64,000 nucleotides of DNA from an uncultured Chloroflexia bacterium. GTDB lineage: Bacteria; Chloroflexota; Chloroflexia; Thermomicrobiales; UBA6265. The stretch spans positions 249,133 to 313,132 of the forward strand of contig CAVRUC010000009.1 of NCBI GenBank assembly GCA_963724295.1. The letters are read 5' to 3'. The notes under the pieces are model-generated. The model did not search any database, was not told the origin of the DNA, and saw only the letters and a list, made by a program, of their open reading frames with translations. This document shows positions 12,678 through 22,498 of this stretch, in pieces. A program made the translations under genes and the position numbers. The stretch's first letter is position 1, and each line of letters opens with the position of its first letter.

Positions 12678-13628
12678 CTACGGGTGGACCACCGCCTTGA
12701 TGAACCCGGGCGGTTTCTGCTGAAGATCGGAGTAGGCGCGATCGACCTCGTCCAGGGCGTAGCGGTGGGTGACGAGCGCTCCCAGATCGATCAATCCCTT
12801 TGCGGTGAGCTCCAGACCAATACGCATGCTCTCGATCAAGTCAGCCCGCCGCCGCACGTGCGCGTTGACGACGTCGATCGCCTTCCAGTTCCACATCCCA
12901 ACCTCGACCTGCCGCGGCCCGCCCTGGTGATAGCCCAGGATCGACAGCACCCCGTGGGCACGGACCATCTCTCCGGCCAGCGTCAACCCCGGTTGGGTAC
13001 CGGACCCTTCGACGACGATGTCGAACCCGCGATCGCTCTCCCAATCGCCGAAATTCGTGATTCTGAACTCGTCCGGAAGCTGGGAGGGGTCATACGACTC
13101 GTCGGCGCCGAGCGCCATGGCCGCTTCTCGCGCCTCTTCCCTCACGTCGATGGCCACGATCCGGCTCGGTCCCCGCAGCTTGAGCAGCTGCAGCATGCCC
13201 AATCCCATGTAGCCCAACCCAATCAGCGCGACCCGATCGGCGAGCTCGACCGGCGTGCGCCGCTGGGCGTTGACCAGGCAGGCCAGCGGCTCGCCCAGGG
13301 CATTCTCCTCGGCGATGCCGTCGGGCACCGGTAGCAGCTCGTCCTCTTTCGCTACGCAGAGATCGGCATAGGCGCCCTGGAAGAGCCCTGTCACCCGGTC
13401 CCCCTCGCTAAACCGGGTCACTTCCGGCCCAATCGCGACAATCTCGCCCATCGGCTCGTGACCGAACCGGTGAGGATATCCCGGTCGCCCGTCGGCCCAG
13501 GGATGAAGCTCGGAGGCACAGACGCCGCTGGCCTTCACCCGCACCAGGACCTCTCCCGGACCAGGATCCGGGGTCGACGCTTCGATAACTTCCGAGGTGC
13601 GAGGGGCGATCAACTGGCTGTAGCGCAT
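12678..13628 (-). CDS. Zinc-binding alcohol/polyol dehydrogenase (MDR)
   Basis: GVCASE, FGHE, EPLAC, GLGYMG. Confidence 0.9.
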   Translation of the reverse strand: MRYSQLIAPRTSEVIEASTPDPGPGEVLVRVKASGVCASELHPWADGRPGYPHRFGHEPMGEIVAIGPEVTRFSEGDRVTGLFQGAYADLCVAKEDELLPVPDGIAEENALGEPLACLVNAQRRTPVELADRVALIGLGYMGLGMLQLLKLRGPSRIVAIDVREEAREAAMALGADESYDPSQLPDEFRITNFGDWESDRGFDIVVEGSGTQPGLTLAGEMVRAHGVLSILGYHQGGPRQVEVGMWNWKAIDVVNAHVRRRADLIESMRIGLELTAKGLIDLGALVTHRYALDEVDRAYSDLQQKPPGFIKAVVHP

Positions 13629-13774
13629 CTGGATGGTGCCTCCATGTTCGACATTTTTCTTGCTGTCGCGGCGCACTGAGCGAGAGGTAAGGCCAGCTCC
13701 AAGCACACTCGAATCGAGTTCCGCGTACTATCTCGACTGGGTCGCCAGCACTGACTGGGAACTGGCATCGCGCT

Positions 13775-13786
13775 TGCATCGATGCA
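13775..13786. promoter_or_regulatory. Perfect palindrome, candidate LacI-type operator
   Basis: TGCATCGATGCA with central CG, in the gap between divergent sugar-redox genes. Confidence 0.4.
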
Positions 13787-13857
13787 CAACAGAGACCAAG
13801 GACTTTGATGACGCTAAGCGGCGGGTAGAGCGACGAGACGAGGGGAACGGAGAGGGT

Positions 13858-14955
13858 GTGGAGAAGCTGAAAGTTGGTATCGTTGGCTCGGGCTGGATGG
13901 GTCACGTCCACTCCCGCGCCTGGCAGAGCAACGCCCCTCGAGCCGAGGTGATCGCCGTCGCCGACGTCTCGCCGGAGCGCACGCGGAACCTGGCCAGAGC
14001 GTTCGGCGACCGCGAGGTGGCGAGGTATCCCGATCTGGTCACGATGCTGGCGGAAGCCGATCTCGACGCCGTCGACATCTGCCTGCCGCACCACTTGCAC
14101 GCCGATGCGATTCTCACCGCGGCCCGGGCCGGCAAGGCGATCCTTTGTGAAAAGCCGCTCTGCACCACGCTGGACGAAGCGGTCGCGATCCAGTCCGCGC
14201 TCCAGGAGTCCGGTGCTACGTTCATGGCCGCGCACAACCAGCTCTTCCAACCGAGCCTGATCGAAGCGCGCCGCCTGCTGGCCTCGGGAGCACTGGGGCG
14301 AACCTTCGTCGTCCGCTCCATCGAGGCCGTTCAGAACCGCGGATTCAGTAGCGGCGCCGTGCCCAGGGAGCTGGGCGGTGGCGAGAGCCCCTGGGCCTGG
14401 CGCGCCGATCCGCAACGGATGGGCGGCGGCGAGGTGATCGATACAGGCTGGCACGCGACCTACCGTCTGCTGGCCCTCGCCGGCGACCGGCCGGTCGAGG
14501 TCACCGCGATGATGGACCGCTTCGCCGTCAAGCAGTTGACGGTCGAGGACACCGGGGTGCTCCTGGTGCGCTTCGCCTCCGGTGTCATCGGCGAGATCAT
14601 CACCAGCTGGGCGTTCAACCCCGTCGGCGGCTGGCATTTCGAGGTGGCCGCCGAGCACGGCAGCCTGGCCGGTGGCAAGACCCGGCTGGTGCATCAGCTG
14701 CATGGCTGGCCGGAGCCGGTCGAGTTCACGAAGTTCCCGGACGATTTGCCGCACACTTTTGCCAGCGAGATCACGCACTTCCTGGACGTCATCCAGGAAG
14801 GCGCGGCCCCCCAGGCATCGTTCGACCACGCGGCACGAGTGCTGCAGCTGACGCTCGCCGCCTACACCGCGGTGTCCGAGCACTGCGTCGTCACATTGCC
14901 CGACGACCCGACCCAACCGGGCGTCCCGGCCGCCGCGACAGCGGTGGCACGGTAA
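13858..14955 (+). CDS. Gfo/Idh/MocA family oxidoreductase
   Basis: VGIVGSGWMG, ICLPHHLH, LCEKP, GGGEVIDTGWH. Confidence 0.92.
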   Translation: MEKLKVGIVGSGWMGHVHSRAWQSNAPRAEVIAVADVSPERTRNLARAFGDREVARYPDLVTMLAEADLDAVDICLPHHLHADAILTAARAGKAILCEKPLCTTLDEAVAIQSALQESGATFMAAHNQLFQPSLIEARRLLASGALGRTFVVRSIEAVQNRGFSSGAVPRELGGGESPWAWRADPQRMGGGEVIDTGWHATYRLLALAGDRPVEVTAMMDRFAVKQLTVEDTGVLLVRFASGVIGEIITSWAFNPVGGWHFEVAAEHGSLAGGKTRLVHQLHGWPEPVEFTKFPDDLPHTFASEITHFLDVIQEGAAPQASFDHAARVLQLTLAAYTAVSEHCVVTLPDDPTQPGVPAAATAVAR

Positions 14956-14961
14956 AGGACC

Positions 14962-15843
14962 ATGTACGCGACTATCAGCCCCGATGCGCTGGGCATCCGC
15001 GGTCTGTCTCTGTCAGAGGCGATCGCGCTCGCCCGCGACTCCGGATTTGCCGGTCTCTCCTTCGACAGCCGCGCCGCCGCGCGCGCCGTCGACGAGCACG
15101 GGTTGGCGGCGGCGCAGGACGAGTTCGCCCGCGCCGGGGTAAAACCCGCCATCTGGAACCTCCCCGTCGCCTGGCGCGATGACGACCAGTGGCAAGGCGA
15201 TCTGCGCGAGCTCCCCCGGCTGGCGGCGACGGCGCGCGACCTCGGCGCGACCCGCACCACGACCTACATGCCCTCCGGCTCGGACGAGCGCCCCTTCGCC
15301 GAAAACTTCGACTGGCACGTCGCCCGCCTCCGCCCAATTGCCGAGGTGCTACGCGACGTGGGGTGCCGGTTCGGCATCGAGTTCATCGGCCCGAAGACGT
15401 TCCGTGCCGCCTTCCGCCACGAATTCATCCATACCCTGGACGGTGTGATGGAGCTCATCGCGGCGATCGGTACCGGAAACGTCGGGGTGCTACTCGACTC
15501 CTGGCACCTCTATACCTCCGGAGGAACCATCGCCGACCTGGAGCGCCTGACGAGCCACGACGTCGTCGTGGTCCACGTCAACGACGCGCCGGCCGGCGTC
15601 GCTCGTGACGACCAGATCGATACCGTGCGCGCGCTACCGATGGAGACCGGAGTCATCGACTTGGTCGCATTCATGCAAGCGTTGCGGCAAATGGGATACG
15701 ACGGACCGGTCATGCCAGAACCATTCAGTCAGCGCCTCAACGACCTTGCCGCAACCGACCCACCGGCCGCCGCCCGCGAAGCCGCCCGCTCCATGGACGC
15801 CCTCTGGCGCGCCGCCGAAATTGAGGTGAAGGGTGATGGGTGA
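14962..15843 (+). CDS. Sugar phosphate isomerase/epimerase (xylose isomerase-like TIM barrel)
   Basis: GIEFIG, GVLLDSWH, VHVND, GYDGPVMPEPF metal ligands. Confidence 0.9.
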   Translation: MYATISPDALGIRGLSLSEAIALARDSGFAGLSFDSRAAARAVDEHGLAAAQDEFARAGVKPAIWNLPVAWRDDDQWQGDLRELPRLAATARDLGATRTTTYMPSGSDERPFAENFDWHVARLRPIAEVLRDVGCRFGIEFIGPKTFRAAFRHEFIHTLDGVMELIAAIGTGNVGVLLDSWHLYTSGGTIADLERLTSHDVVVVHVNDAPAGVARDDQIDTVRALPMETGVIDLVAFMQALRQMGYDGPVMPEPFSQRLNDLAATDPPAAAREAARSMDALWRAAEIEVKGDG

Positions 15844-15846
15844 CGG

Positions 15847-15934
15847 GCTATCGGCTATCAGCTATCAGCTTCTGCCCGTCTTGCCGCCTTCTTCTCGTCC
15901 TTACCGACTAACCGACTTACCGACTTACCGACTT
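15847..15934 (+). repeat. Short tandem arrays: 3x GCTATC(A/G) and 4x ACCGACT(A/T)
   Basis: Read directly at 15847-15867 and 15903-15934, just before the SD of the next gene. Confidence 0.85.
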
Positions 15935-15949
15935 GAAGGGAGGTAACTG

Positions 15950-17329
15950 GTGCCGATCGTAGACCGACGCGAATTTGGCGGGCGCTTCACCGTCAAGGAG
16001 AACTCGCAGCGCCTGGCAAACTACCGCTATCTCGAGATCCAGCTAATGGAGATGATCGGCGGCTGGTCGCACACCACGCCCCAGCTCGCCTTCAAGGCGA
16101 CCTTCGGTTATCACGTCTTCGATCATGCCCAGGCCGCCGATCTACTCAGCGAGCGGCTGGAGCAGCTGCGGGCGGCGCGCACCAGCCAGGAGCCGGCCAC
16201 CGACGAGTTCGCTCAGCTCTGCGAGCACGTCTGGCTCCTCCCCGACACCATCGACCGCCTGGTGGCGGTCTACCGCGTGCTGGAGCCGCATCTCATCAGC
16301 AGCTACGTCTACCACGCCGATGCCACTGATCCATTGACTGACGCCCCCACCGTGCGCCTCCTGCGCCAGCTTGCGGCGATGGGCCAGTCGCACGTCTCCT
16401 GGGGACAGGCCGTGCTCGACGGGCTGACCCGTTCCCCGGAGGACCGGCGGCGGGCCCTCGACACCCAGGCGGACCTCGAGGCTCGGCTGGTCGCCTGCGG
16501 CGGCGTGACGGGCCAGGGGATCGAGGCCCACTGGTTGACCTTCCACAGCGCCAAGGCGGAGGAGCGGTCCCCGGAGCGGATCAAGCGCGGCCGCGGCGGA
16601 TACAAGTTCCGCAAATTCTCGCCACCGCTCGATCACCCGGTGGTCGAGGAGCCGCTCTGGTTCTCGGACAAGCAGGAGGACTTCGCCGTCTACCAGACCG
16701 AGGACGAGTGGTCGCTGGAAGGGTTCCGCCACAAGTTCCACCAACTCCTCTATGGCGAGGTCGAGACGACCGATCGCATGGGCAAGATGCTCGCCGAGTT
16801 CCCTGATCTCCCCTGGGAGATGCGCATGGAACTGGCGCACCAGATGTGGGACGAGGCCCGGCACATCGAGATCGTGGCCAAGGCGGTCGAGGAAGAGCTG
16901 GGGGGTGAGCTCGGCTACGGCCCCTGGACGCTGGTCTGGTGGTGGATGCAGAACGACCCCGATCCACTGAAGCGGATCACGGTCACCAACAGCTGGGCCG
17001 AAGCCAATCTCATGAACACCTTGCGCCAGTGGCGTACCGAGGCGGAGAAGCGTAGCTACACCCGCATCGCCGAGCTGGCTGACTATCTCCAGGCCGACGA
17101 ACGCACCCACGTCCGGCTGGCCACCGACTGGATCCAGAAGCTGACCGAGGACGACCCCGCTCACCGCGACGAGTTGGTCAGCTGGGGCCGTCAGGCCATC
17201 GGCCGCATCCAGGGCTTCCACGCCTCGCGTTACAAGGAGATGCCCGATCCCGACGAAGCCCGCTTCACCTTCCTCAAGCCAAACAGCCACGCCGACGCCG
17301 CCATGGTCAGCCCCATCATCGGCGAATAG
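15950..17329 (+). CDS. Tandem ferritin-like protein (DUF455-like); C-terminal domain has a full diiron ligand set
   Basis: YGEVE...WDEARH...WAEAN...ADERTH (E, ExxH, E, ExxH); N-terminal helical repeat has degenerate ligands; SD GAAGGGAGG. Confidence 0.75.
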   Translation: MPIVDRREFGGRFTVKENSQRLANYRYLEIQLMEMIGGWSHTTPQLAFKATFGYHVFDHAQAADLLSERLEQLRAARTSQEPATDEFAQLCEHVWLLPDTIDRLVAVYRVLEPHLISSYVYHADATDPLTDAPTVRLLRQLAAMGQSHVSWGQAVLDGLTRSPEDRRRALDTQADLEARLVACGGVTGQGIEAHWLTFHSAKAEERSPERIKRGRGGYKFRKFSPPLDHPVVEEPLWFSDKQEDFAVYQTEDEWSLEGFRHKFHQLLYGEVETTDRMGKMLAEFPDLPWEMRMELAHQMWDEARHIEIVAKAVEEELGGELGYGPWTLVWWWMQNDPDPLKRITVTNSWAEANLMNTLRQWRTEAEKRSYTRIAELADYLQADERTHVRLATDWIQKLTEDDPAHRDELVSWGRQAIGRIQGFHASRYKEMPDPDEARFTFLKPNSHADAAMVSPIIGE

Positions 17330-17463
17330 CGGCCGCGGGAGGGTGACAGGTGATGGGTGACAGGGTCACAGAGTGGCAAGGGGGCAGGGAGAACGACGCC
17401 ACAACACCCCGCCACCCTGCCACCACGAGCGTAGCGAGTAATCACCCACCACTGGCCAACAGC

Positions 17464-19560
17464 ATGGAACGCGGGGTCTACTTCGACGCCTGGTTTCCGG
17501 GTCAGCACTGCTACCACCCCAGCCTGCCGCCGCGGCGGCTGCGCATGGTCGAGCACCTGGTCGACTATCACGCCACGGTCCTCGTCTGGGCGGCGCTCGG
17601 CGGTGGATCGATATCGCTCCCCCATCTCGAGCAAGAGGCCTTCGGCGAGATCGACCCTCGCTTCCGTTTCTATGGCTTCCTCAACGACGCCGAGTTCATC
17701 GCCGAATGCCGCAAGCATGGGGTGAAAGTCTTTGGCATCGTCTTCGAGGTCCAGGGCTGGGAGTTCCCGGTCGAGCTGAACGAGGCCGAGGATCGCATTC
17801 TGGCGCTCAACGAGACACGTGGCGCCGGAAAGCGCGACTGGCTAGGACTCAGAGAGTTCTCGCAGAATCGCTACCCCAACCTCTGGCCCCCGCTCGAGCA
17901 CTACTTTCCCGGCGGGTTGATCAACAGCGACGGTGAGCCGGTGCGTGACCTGCTCGACGAGGCCTGCTCGCGCGACATCTACGGCGTGCCCTGCCACGCG
18001 CACTGGGTGGAGTGCCCCGACCGGGAGCACTTCTGCTACACGATGGACCGCAATAACCCGGTCTGGCGCGAGTATCTGAAAGCGATCATCCGCATCCAGA
18101 TCGACGCCGGCGTCGACGGCGTGCAGCTCGACGAGGCGGAGCTACCGCTGACGACCCTCCAGTACGGCGGCTGCTTCTGCAAGGACTGTCTCAAGGGATT
18201 CCGTGCGTACTTGGCGTCCTTGGCGGACGCAGACCTCCCGCCCGAGCTACAGGGCGGGGATCTGGCGACCTTCCACTACGGAGAGTGGTTGCTGGCGCGA
18301 GGTTACGACTTCAAGACCGACCGGGAGGCGACTCCCCTCTTTGCCCACTATCTCCGCTTCCAGCGCGCCGCCATCACCCGCTACTTCGCCGAACTTGCCG
18401 AATACGCGCGGGACTACGCGACGAGCCAGGGCAAACAGGTGCTCGTCTCCGGCAACTTCTTCAACCTCCTCGACCAGTACTACGCCCTGGAGCCGAAGGT
18501 CGACCTGATCATCACCGAGATGCGCAACACGCGCTACCGGCAGCCGTCCTGGTACCGCTACGTGGCCGGGTTCGCCGGACCCAAACCGGTCGTGGTCGTG
18601 GAGAACCCGTACGGCGGGGTCGTCCCCGAGATGGTGGCGGACCTCAAAGCCGGCAAGGGGTACGACCGCTTCCGCATGTCCCTCTACGAGGCGGCCGCGC
18701 TGGGGGCGAACATGAGCGTGCCCTACGGAGCCTGGTTGGGCAGCGTCCAGCAGGACGCTTTCTACCCGCCGCACGAGCTCTGCGTCGAGATTCAGGATTT
18801 TCTGGCCAACAACGAGCCGCTCTTTAGCCGGCAGACCTGGAATGACATCGCCGTGGTCTACAGTATCGAGAGCGAGTTCCAGCGCCCCGCCCGGCGCGAT
18901 CAGGTGGCCAACGACCCCCTCAACCTGGCCAGCGGCGGCACGATCCCCTTCTGGACGGTCTGCGACGCCCTCTGCGACGCGACCCAACCCTACGACGTCC
19001 TCTTTTTCCCGGATGGCGAGCTACGCAAGGACGCCCTGAGCCAACCTGATCTAGCACAGTACCGGACTGTGATTCTTCCCGACTGCGCTGTCCTGACCCC
19101 CGCCCAGGCCCGCCTCCTGCGCGATCTGCTCGCGGCTGGAACGCGCTTACTGGTCCTGGGTGAACTGGGAATCAACCTCCCTCAGGAGATGCTAGCGCCG
19201 ATCATCAGTCACTCGGGAGTCCGTCGTATGCCAATTGCACCGGCGATAGTTGCCGACGATCTCCTCGACGAGCCCCAGGTGCGGGTGAATCCCGGCGGCG
19301 ACCTGATGATCACCCTACAGCGGGTCGACGCTGGAGTAGCAGTCCACGTCATCCGCTACGAATTCGACGCGGATCAGGACCGCACGCCACCTCTGCCAGA
19401 ATTGACCATCGAGCTGCGCCTGCCAGAACAATTCAATCGGCTATCGGTCCACAGCCCGAGCGGGGAGATGACCGGATCGCTGGAGTACGACGGCCATCAG
19501 CTCCGGATCCATCTCCGCGACGTCCCGCTTTACAGCGTTGCGTTGGTCCACCCCGACTGA
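17464..19560 (+). CDS. Glycoside hydrolase-like TIM barrel with GH42-like Cys motif and trimerisation/GATase-like domain
   Basis: NNPVWREYL, GVDGVQLDE, GCFCKDC, IAVVYS, PYDVL...YRTVILPD; start uncertain (17350 or 17464). Confidence 0.6.
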   Translation: MERGVYFDAWFPGQHCYHPSLPPRRLRMVEHLVDYHATVLVWAALGGGSISLPHLEQEAFGEIDPRFRFYGFLNDAEFIAECRKHGVKVFGIVFEVQGWEFPVELNEAEDRILALNETRGAGKRDWLGLREFSQNRYPNLWPPLEHYFPGGLINSDGEPVRDLLDEACSRDIYGVPCHAHWVECPDREHFCYTMDRNNPVWREYLKAIIRIQIDAGVDGVQLDEAELPLTTLQYGGCFCKDCLKGFRAYLASLADADLPPELQGGDLATFHYGEWLLARGYDFKTDREATPLFAHYLRFQRAAITRYFAELAEYARDYATSQGKQVLVSGNFFNLLDQYYALEPKVDLIITEMRNTRYRQPSWYRYVAGFAGPKPVVVVENPYGGVVPEMVADLKAGKGYDRFRMSLYEAAALGANMSVPYGAWLGSVQQDAFYPPHELCVEIQDFLANNEPLFSRQTWNDIAVVYSIESEFQRPARRDQVANDPLNLASGGTIPFWTVCDALCDATQPYDVLFFPDGELRKDALSQPDLAQYRTVILPDCAVLTPAQARLLRDLLAAGTRLLVLGELGINLPQEMLAPIISHSGVRRMPIAPAIVADDLLDEPQVRVNPGGDLMITLQRVDAGVAVHVIRYEFDADQDRTPPLPELTIELRLPEQFNRLSVHSPSGEMTGSLEYDGHQLRIHLRDVPLYSVALVHPD

Positions 19561-19583
19561 GCCCGGTAGCCCGGCTATCTGAT

Positions 19584-19622
19584 GCAGGTCGGCGGCGTGA
19601 TCCAATCACGCCGCCGACCTGC
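19584..19622. terminator. Perfect 18-bp hairpin between convergent genes
   Basis: GCAGGTCGGCGGCGTGAT-CCA-ATCACGCCGCCGACCTGC. Confidence 0.75.
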
Positions 19623-19670
19623 CAGGGCTCGCTTCCGCGCCAGTCCCGCCCTTGCGAGCGGGGGGACTGA

Positions 19671-20078
19671 CTACCCCATCTGCGTCGTGCGTTCTGGCCG
19701 CACGACAACCACGACCCGAGTCTCGCCCGGGGGGCTGCCTGTGTAGACATCCTGATCGTGGTACTTCTTGGCCATGCTGTTGATGAACGCCTTGTCCGGG
19801 TCCGGGTCGACGCGCTCGACGGTGCCGCGGATCTCCAGGTATCGATACGGGTTGGTCTCGTCGACGATCGAGATGGCGACGCGAGGGTCGCGCTCGAGAT
19901 TGCGCACCTTCTGCCGGGTGGTCGTCTGGCTGAACCGGATGTAGCCATCCTGGTGATCGAACCAGACCGGATTGTTCTGCGGCTCTCCGTTGGGCCCGAT
20001 GGTGGCCACATGGGCAAGCACCTTCTGATCGAGGATGTCGGCGTGGGTTGTGGGGATGACGGTACTCGTTATCGACAC
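19671..20078 (-). CDS. PPOX-class F420-dependent oxidoreductase
   Basis: AHVATIGPNGEPQ..PVWF, RQKVRNLERDPRVAISI, NPYRYLEIRG. Confidence 0.88.
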   Translation of the reverse strand: MSITSTVIPTTHADILDQKVLAHVATIGPNGEPQNNPVWFDHQDGYIRFSQTTTRQKVRNLERDPRVAISIVDETNPYRYLEIRGTVERVDPDPDKAFINSMAKKYHDQDVYTGSPPGETRVVVVVRPERTTQMG

Positions 20079-20234
20079 TGATTCACTCCTGACGGTGCAA
20101 CCGGCTACTCATGAGCTGCCTTGTGCAGCCGATGAGCATTGTTGCATGAGGTGGGCCATCTGAGAGGAACCGGGACGCTTCAGGCGATGCCAATGTCGTT
20201 CCCGGTCGCCGCTTTGGCTCGCTGTTCTGGCTCT

Positions 20235-21761
20235 TCAGGGCATTGACGTCGAAGCGGCGGAGCTGAGCTCAATTTGCCGGCGAGCTTGCCGCCAGCGGAT
20301 CACCAGCGGCGCCACGAGCGCGATCGCGGCGAGAACGAGGATAGCCGCCGAGATGGGACGGGTGAAGAAGGTGGTGTAGTTGCCCTGGGCGATCTGTAAG
20401 GCGCGCCGGAAATGGTCCTCGGCCACCGGACCGAGAATCATCCCGACGACTGCCGGCGCCACAGGGATGTCGAAGCGGCGCATGGCGAAGCCCAGCGCAC
20501 CCAAAAGGTAGAGCACCACCAGATCGACCGTTGAGCCGCTCAACGCATAGGTGCCCAACCCGGCGAAGACGAGGATCGAGGCGTAGAGCAGGGGCCGCGG
20601 GATCGCCAGCAGTCGCACCCAGACACCCGCCAGCGGCAGATTGAGGATAAGCAGCATGACGTTGCCGATGTAGAGGCTGGCGATGAGTCCCCAGACGAGT
20701 TCCGGGTCGGAGCGGAAGAGGGTCGGTCCCGGGTTGAGCCCGTAGCGCTGGAAGGCGGCCAGCAGGATCGCCGCCGTCGCCGAGGTCGGCAAGCCCAGGG
20801 TCAGCAATGGCGCCAGCACCCCGGCCGCGGACGCATTGTTCGCGGCCTCGGGTCCGGCAACTCCCTCGATAGCCCCCTGTCCGAATTCCTCCGGGTGCTT
20901 TGACAGCCGCTTCTCCAGCGCGTAGGAGAGGAAGGTCGGGATCTCCGCGCCCCCAGCCGGCAGGCTACCGATGGGAAAGCCGAGCGCCGTCCCTCGTAGC
21001 CACGGTTTCCAGGAACGGGCCCACTCTTGCCGCGTCATCCAGACGGTTCCCTTGACGGGGATGATCTGGTCCGGATCGTGACGCATGTGCGAGGCGACCC
21101 AAAAAGTTTCCCCAACAGCAAATAGCCCAACGGCAACGGTGACGACGTCGATGCCGTCCAGAAGCTGCGGGATGCCGAAGGTGAAGCGACTCTGGCCGGA
21201 GAGGGTGTCGATGCCGATCAAACCCAGTGCCAGCCCGAAGAAGAGGCTGAGCATCCCCCTCGCCACCGAGCTGCCCAGCAGGGCCGTGATGGTGGTGAAA
21301 GCGAGGACGACCAGCGCGAAGTACTCGGCCGGGCCAAACGTGAGTCCAATCTGCACCATCACCGGGGCCAGGATGGTCAGACCGATGGTACCGATGGTGC
21401 CGGCCACGAAGGAGCCTATGGCGGCAGTCGCCAGCGCCGCCGCACCACGCCCGCGTTTGGCCATCTGGTTGCCTTCGAGTGCAGTGACGATCGAGGCCGA
21501 TTCGCCCGGGGTGTTGAGAAGAATCGAGGTGGTCGAGCCGCCGTACATGCCGCCGTAATAGATGCCGGCGAACATGATGAACGCGCTGATTGGCTCTAGT
21601 TTGTACGTCACCGGAAGGAGCAGAGCGACCGTTAGCGCCGGCCCGATTCCAGGCAACACACCGACCGCCGTCCCCAGCAGCACCCCGATCAGCGCCCAGA
21701 CCAGGTTCTCCGGCGTCAACGCCACCTGAAAACCATTAGCCAGGTCGACGAGTGCACCCAT
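20235..21761 (-). CDS. tctA: Tripartite tricarboxylate transporter permease
   Basis: [25 protein letters not shown]. Confidence 0.95.
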   Translation of the reverse strand: MGALVDLANGFQVALTPENLVWALIGVLLGTAVGVLPGIGPALTVALLLPVTYKLEPISAFIMFAGIYYGGMYGGSTTSILLNTPGESASIVTALEGNQMAKRGRGAAALATAAIGSFVAGTIGTIGLTILAPVMVQIGLTFGPAEYFALVVLAFTTITALLGSSVARGMLSLFFGLALGLIGIDTLSGQSRFTFGIPQLLDGIDVVTVAVGLFAVGETFWVASHMRHDPDQIIPVKGTVWMTRQEWARSWKPWLRGTALGFPIGSLPAGGAEIPTFLSYALEKRLSKHPEEFGQGAIEGVAGPEAANNASAAGVLAPLLTLGLPTSATAAILLAAFQRYGLNPGPTLFRSDPELVWGLIASLYIGNVMLLILNLPLAGVWVRLLAIPRPLLYASILVFAGLGTYALSGSTVDLVVLYLLGALGFAMRRFDIPVAPAVVGMILGPVAEDHFRRALQIAQGNYTTFFTRPISAAILVLAAIALVAPLVIRWRQARRQIELSSAASTSMP

Positions 21762-21769
21762 GCTAGTGG

Positions 21770-21845
21770 AGTCGGTAAGTTGGTAAGTCGGTGAGTCGGG
21801 AAGTAGACGGCAAAACGCCTCGTAGGGGCGACGCCTGCGTCGTCC
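21770..21845. repeat. 4x degenerate AGTCGGTA octamer plus GTAG-type REP-like palindrome
   Basis: AGTCGGTA AGTTGGTA AGTCGGTG AGTCGGGA; GTAGGGGCGACGCCTGCGTCGTCC. Confidence 0.7.
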
Positions 21846-21891
21846 GCCGACTCCAGGCCAGTCGGCTCATGGGTCTCGTCACGCCGCCCAT

Positions 21892-22416
21892 CTAGACGAT
21901 CCCCTCCAGAATCCCGGCTGGTAGCGACAAGCCGAGGCCACGGTTGAAGACGAGATAGAGCACCGTCGCCAGGATGACGCCGATCGCGATGTCACGCGCC
22001 GTGCGCCGACTTCCCATCGCGAACGCCGCCATGACGAAGAGGGTCGCGCTGGCGATGATGAATCCGGCCCGTTCGATCAAGAGCAGGTAGGCGAGCAAGG
22101 CCAGCGCCAGAAGACCGACCGTGCGCCAGTCCGTCGGCAGGGTGAGGTCGGCATCCTCAGATTCGGCGCTGCCCGTGGCAGCGCGGCCAGTGAGCGCCTC
22201 GTACGCGAGCCAGGCGCCGATGATCGCGAGACCCGCGCCGACTATGTACGGGATCACCCGCGGGCCAACCTTGGCGTAGGCCGGGGTGAGCCGGATCAGA
22301 GTCGCCTGCCAGACGATCAGGATGCCGAAGACCACTGCCGCCAGGGCCAGCAGCGTCTCACCGATGTCGACTCGCCGCTCCGTAGATGATGGGGTCATAG
22401 GGTGACGCCCGCTCAT
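21892..22416 (-). CDS. tctB: Tripartite tricarboxylate transporter small subunit
   Basis: VGPRVIP, four TM helices, C-terminal LGLSLPAGIL; lies between tctC and tctA. Confidence 0.9.
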   Translation of the reverse strand: MSGRHPMTPSSTERRVDIGETLLALAAVVFGILIVWQATLIRLTPAYAKVGPRVIPYIVGAGLAIIGAWLAYEALTGRAATGSAESEDADLTLPTDWRTVGLLALALLAYLLLIERAGFIIASATLFVMAAFAMGSRRTARDIAIGVILATVLYLVFNRGLGLSLPAGILEGIV

Positions 22417-22451
22417 TCTCGGCCCTCCTCCTCAGGCGCGGGAAGGGGTGA

Positions 22452-22492
22452 ACCCCTCTCCCGTCGCACTGGGAGAGGGGTTGGGGTGAGGG
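22452..22492. repeat. REP-like palindrome (CCCTCACCCCAACCCCTCTCCC...GGGAGAGGGG type)
   Basis: ACCCCTCTCCC...GGGAGAGGGGT followed by TGGGGTGAGGG, just downstream of tctC. Confidence 0.75.
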
Positions 22493-22498
22493 CGAAAG

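Noticed and set aside
15903..15934. Repeat arrays as a possible CRISPR or mini-array
   Set aside because: Units are 7-8 nt and contiguous, with no unique spacers and no cas genes
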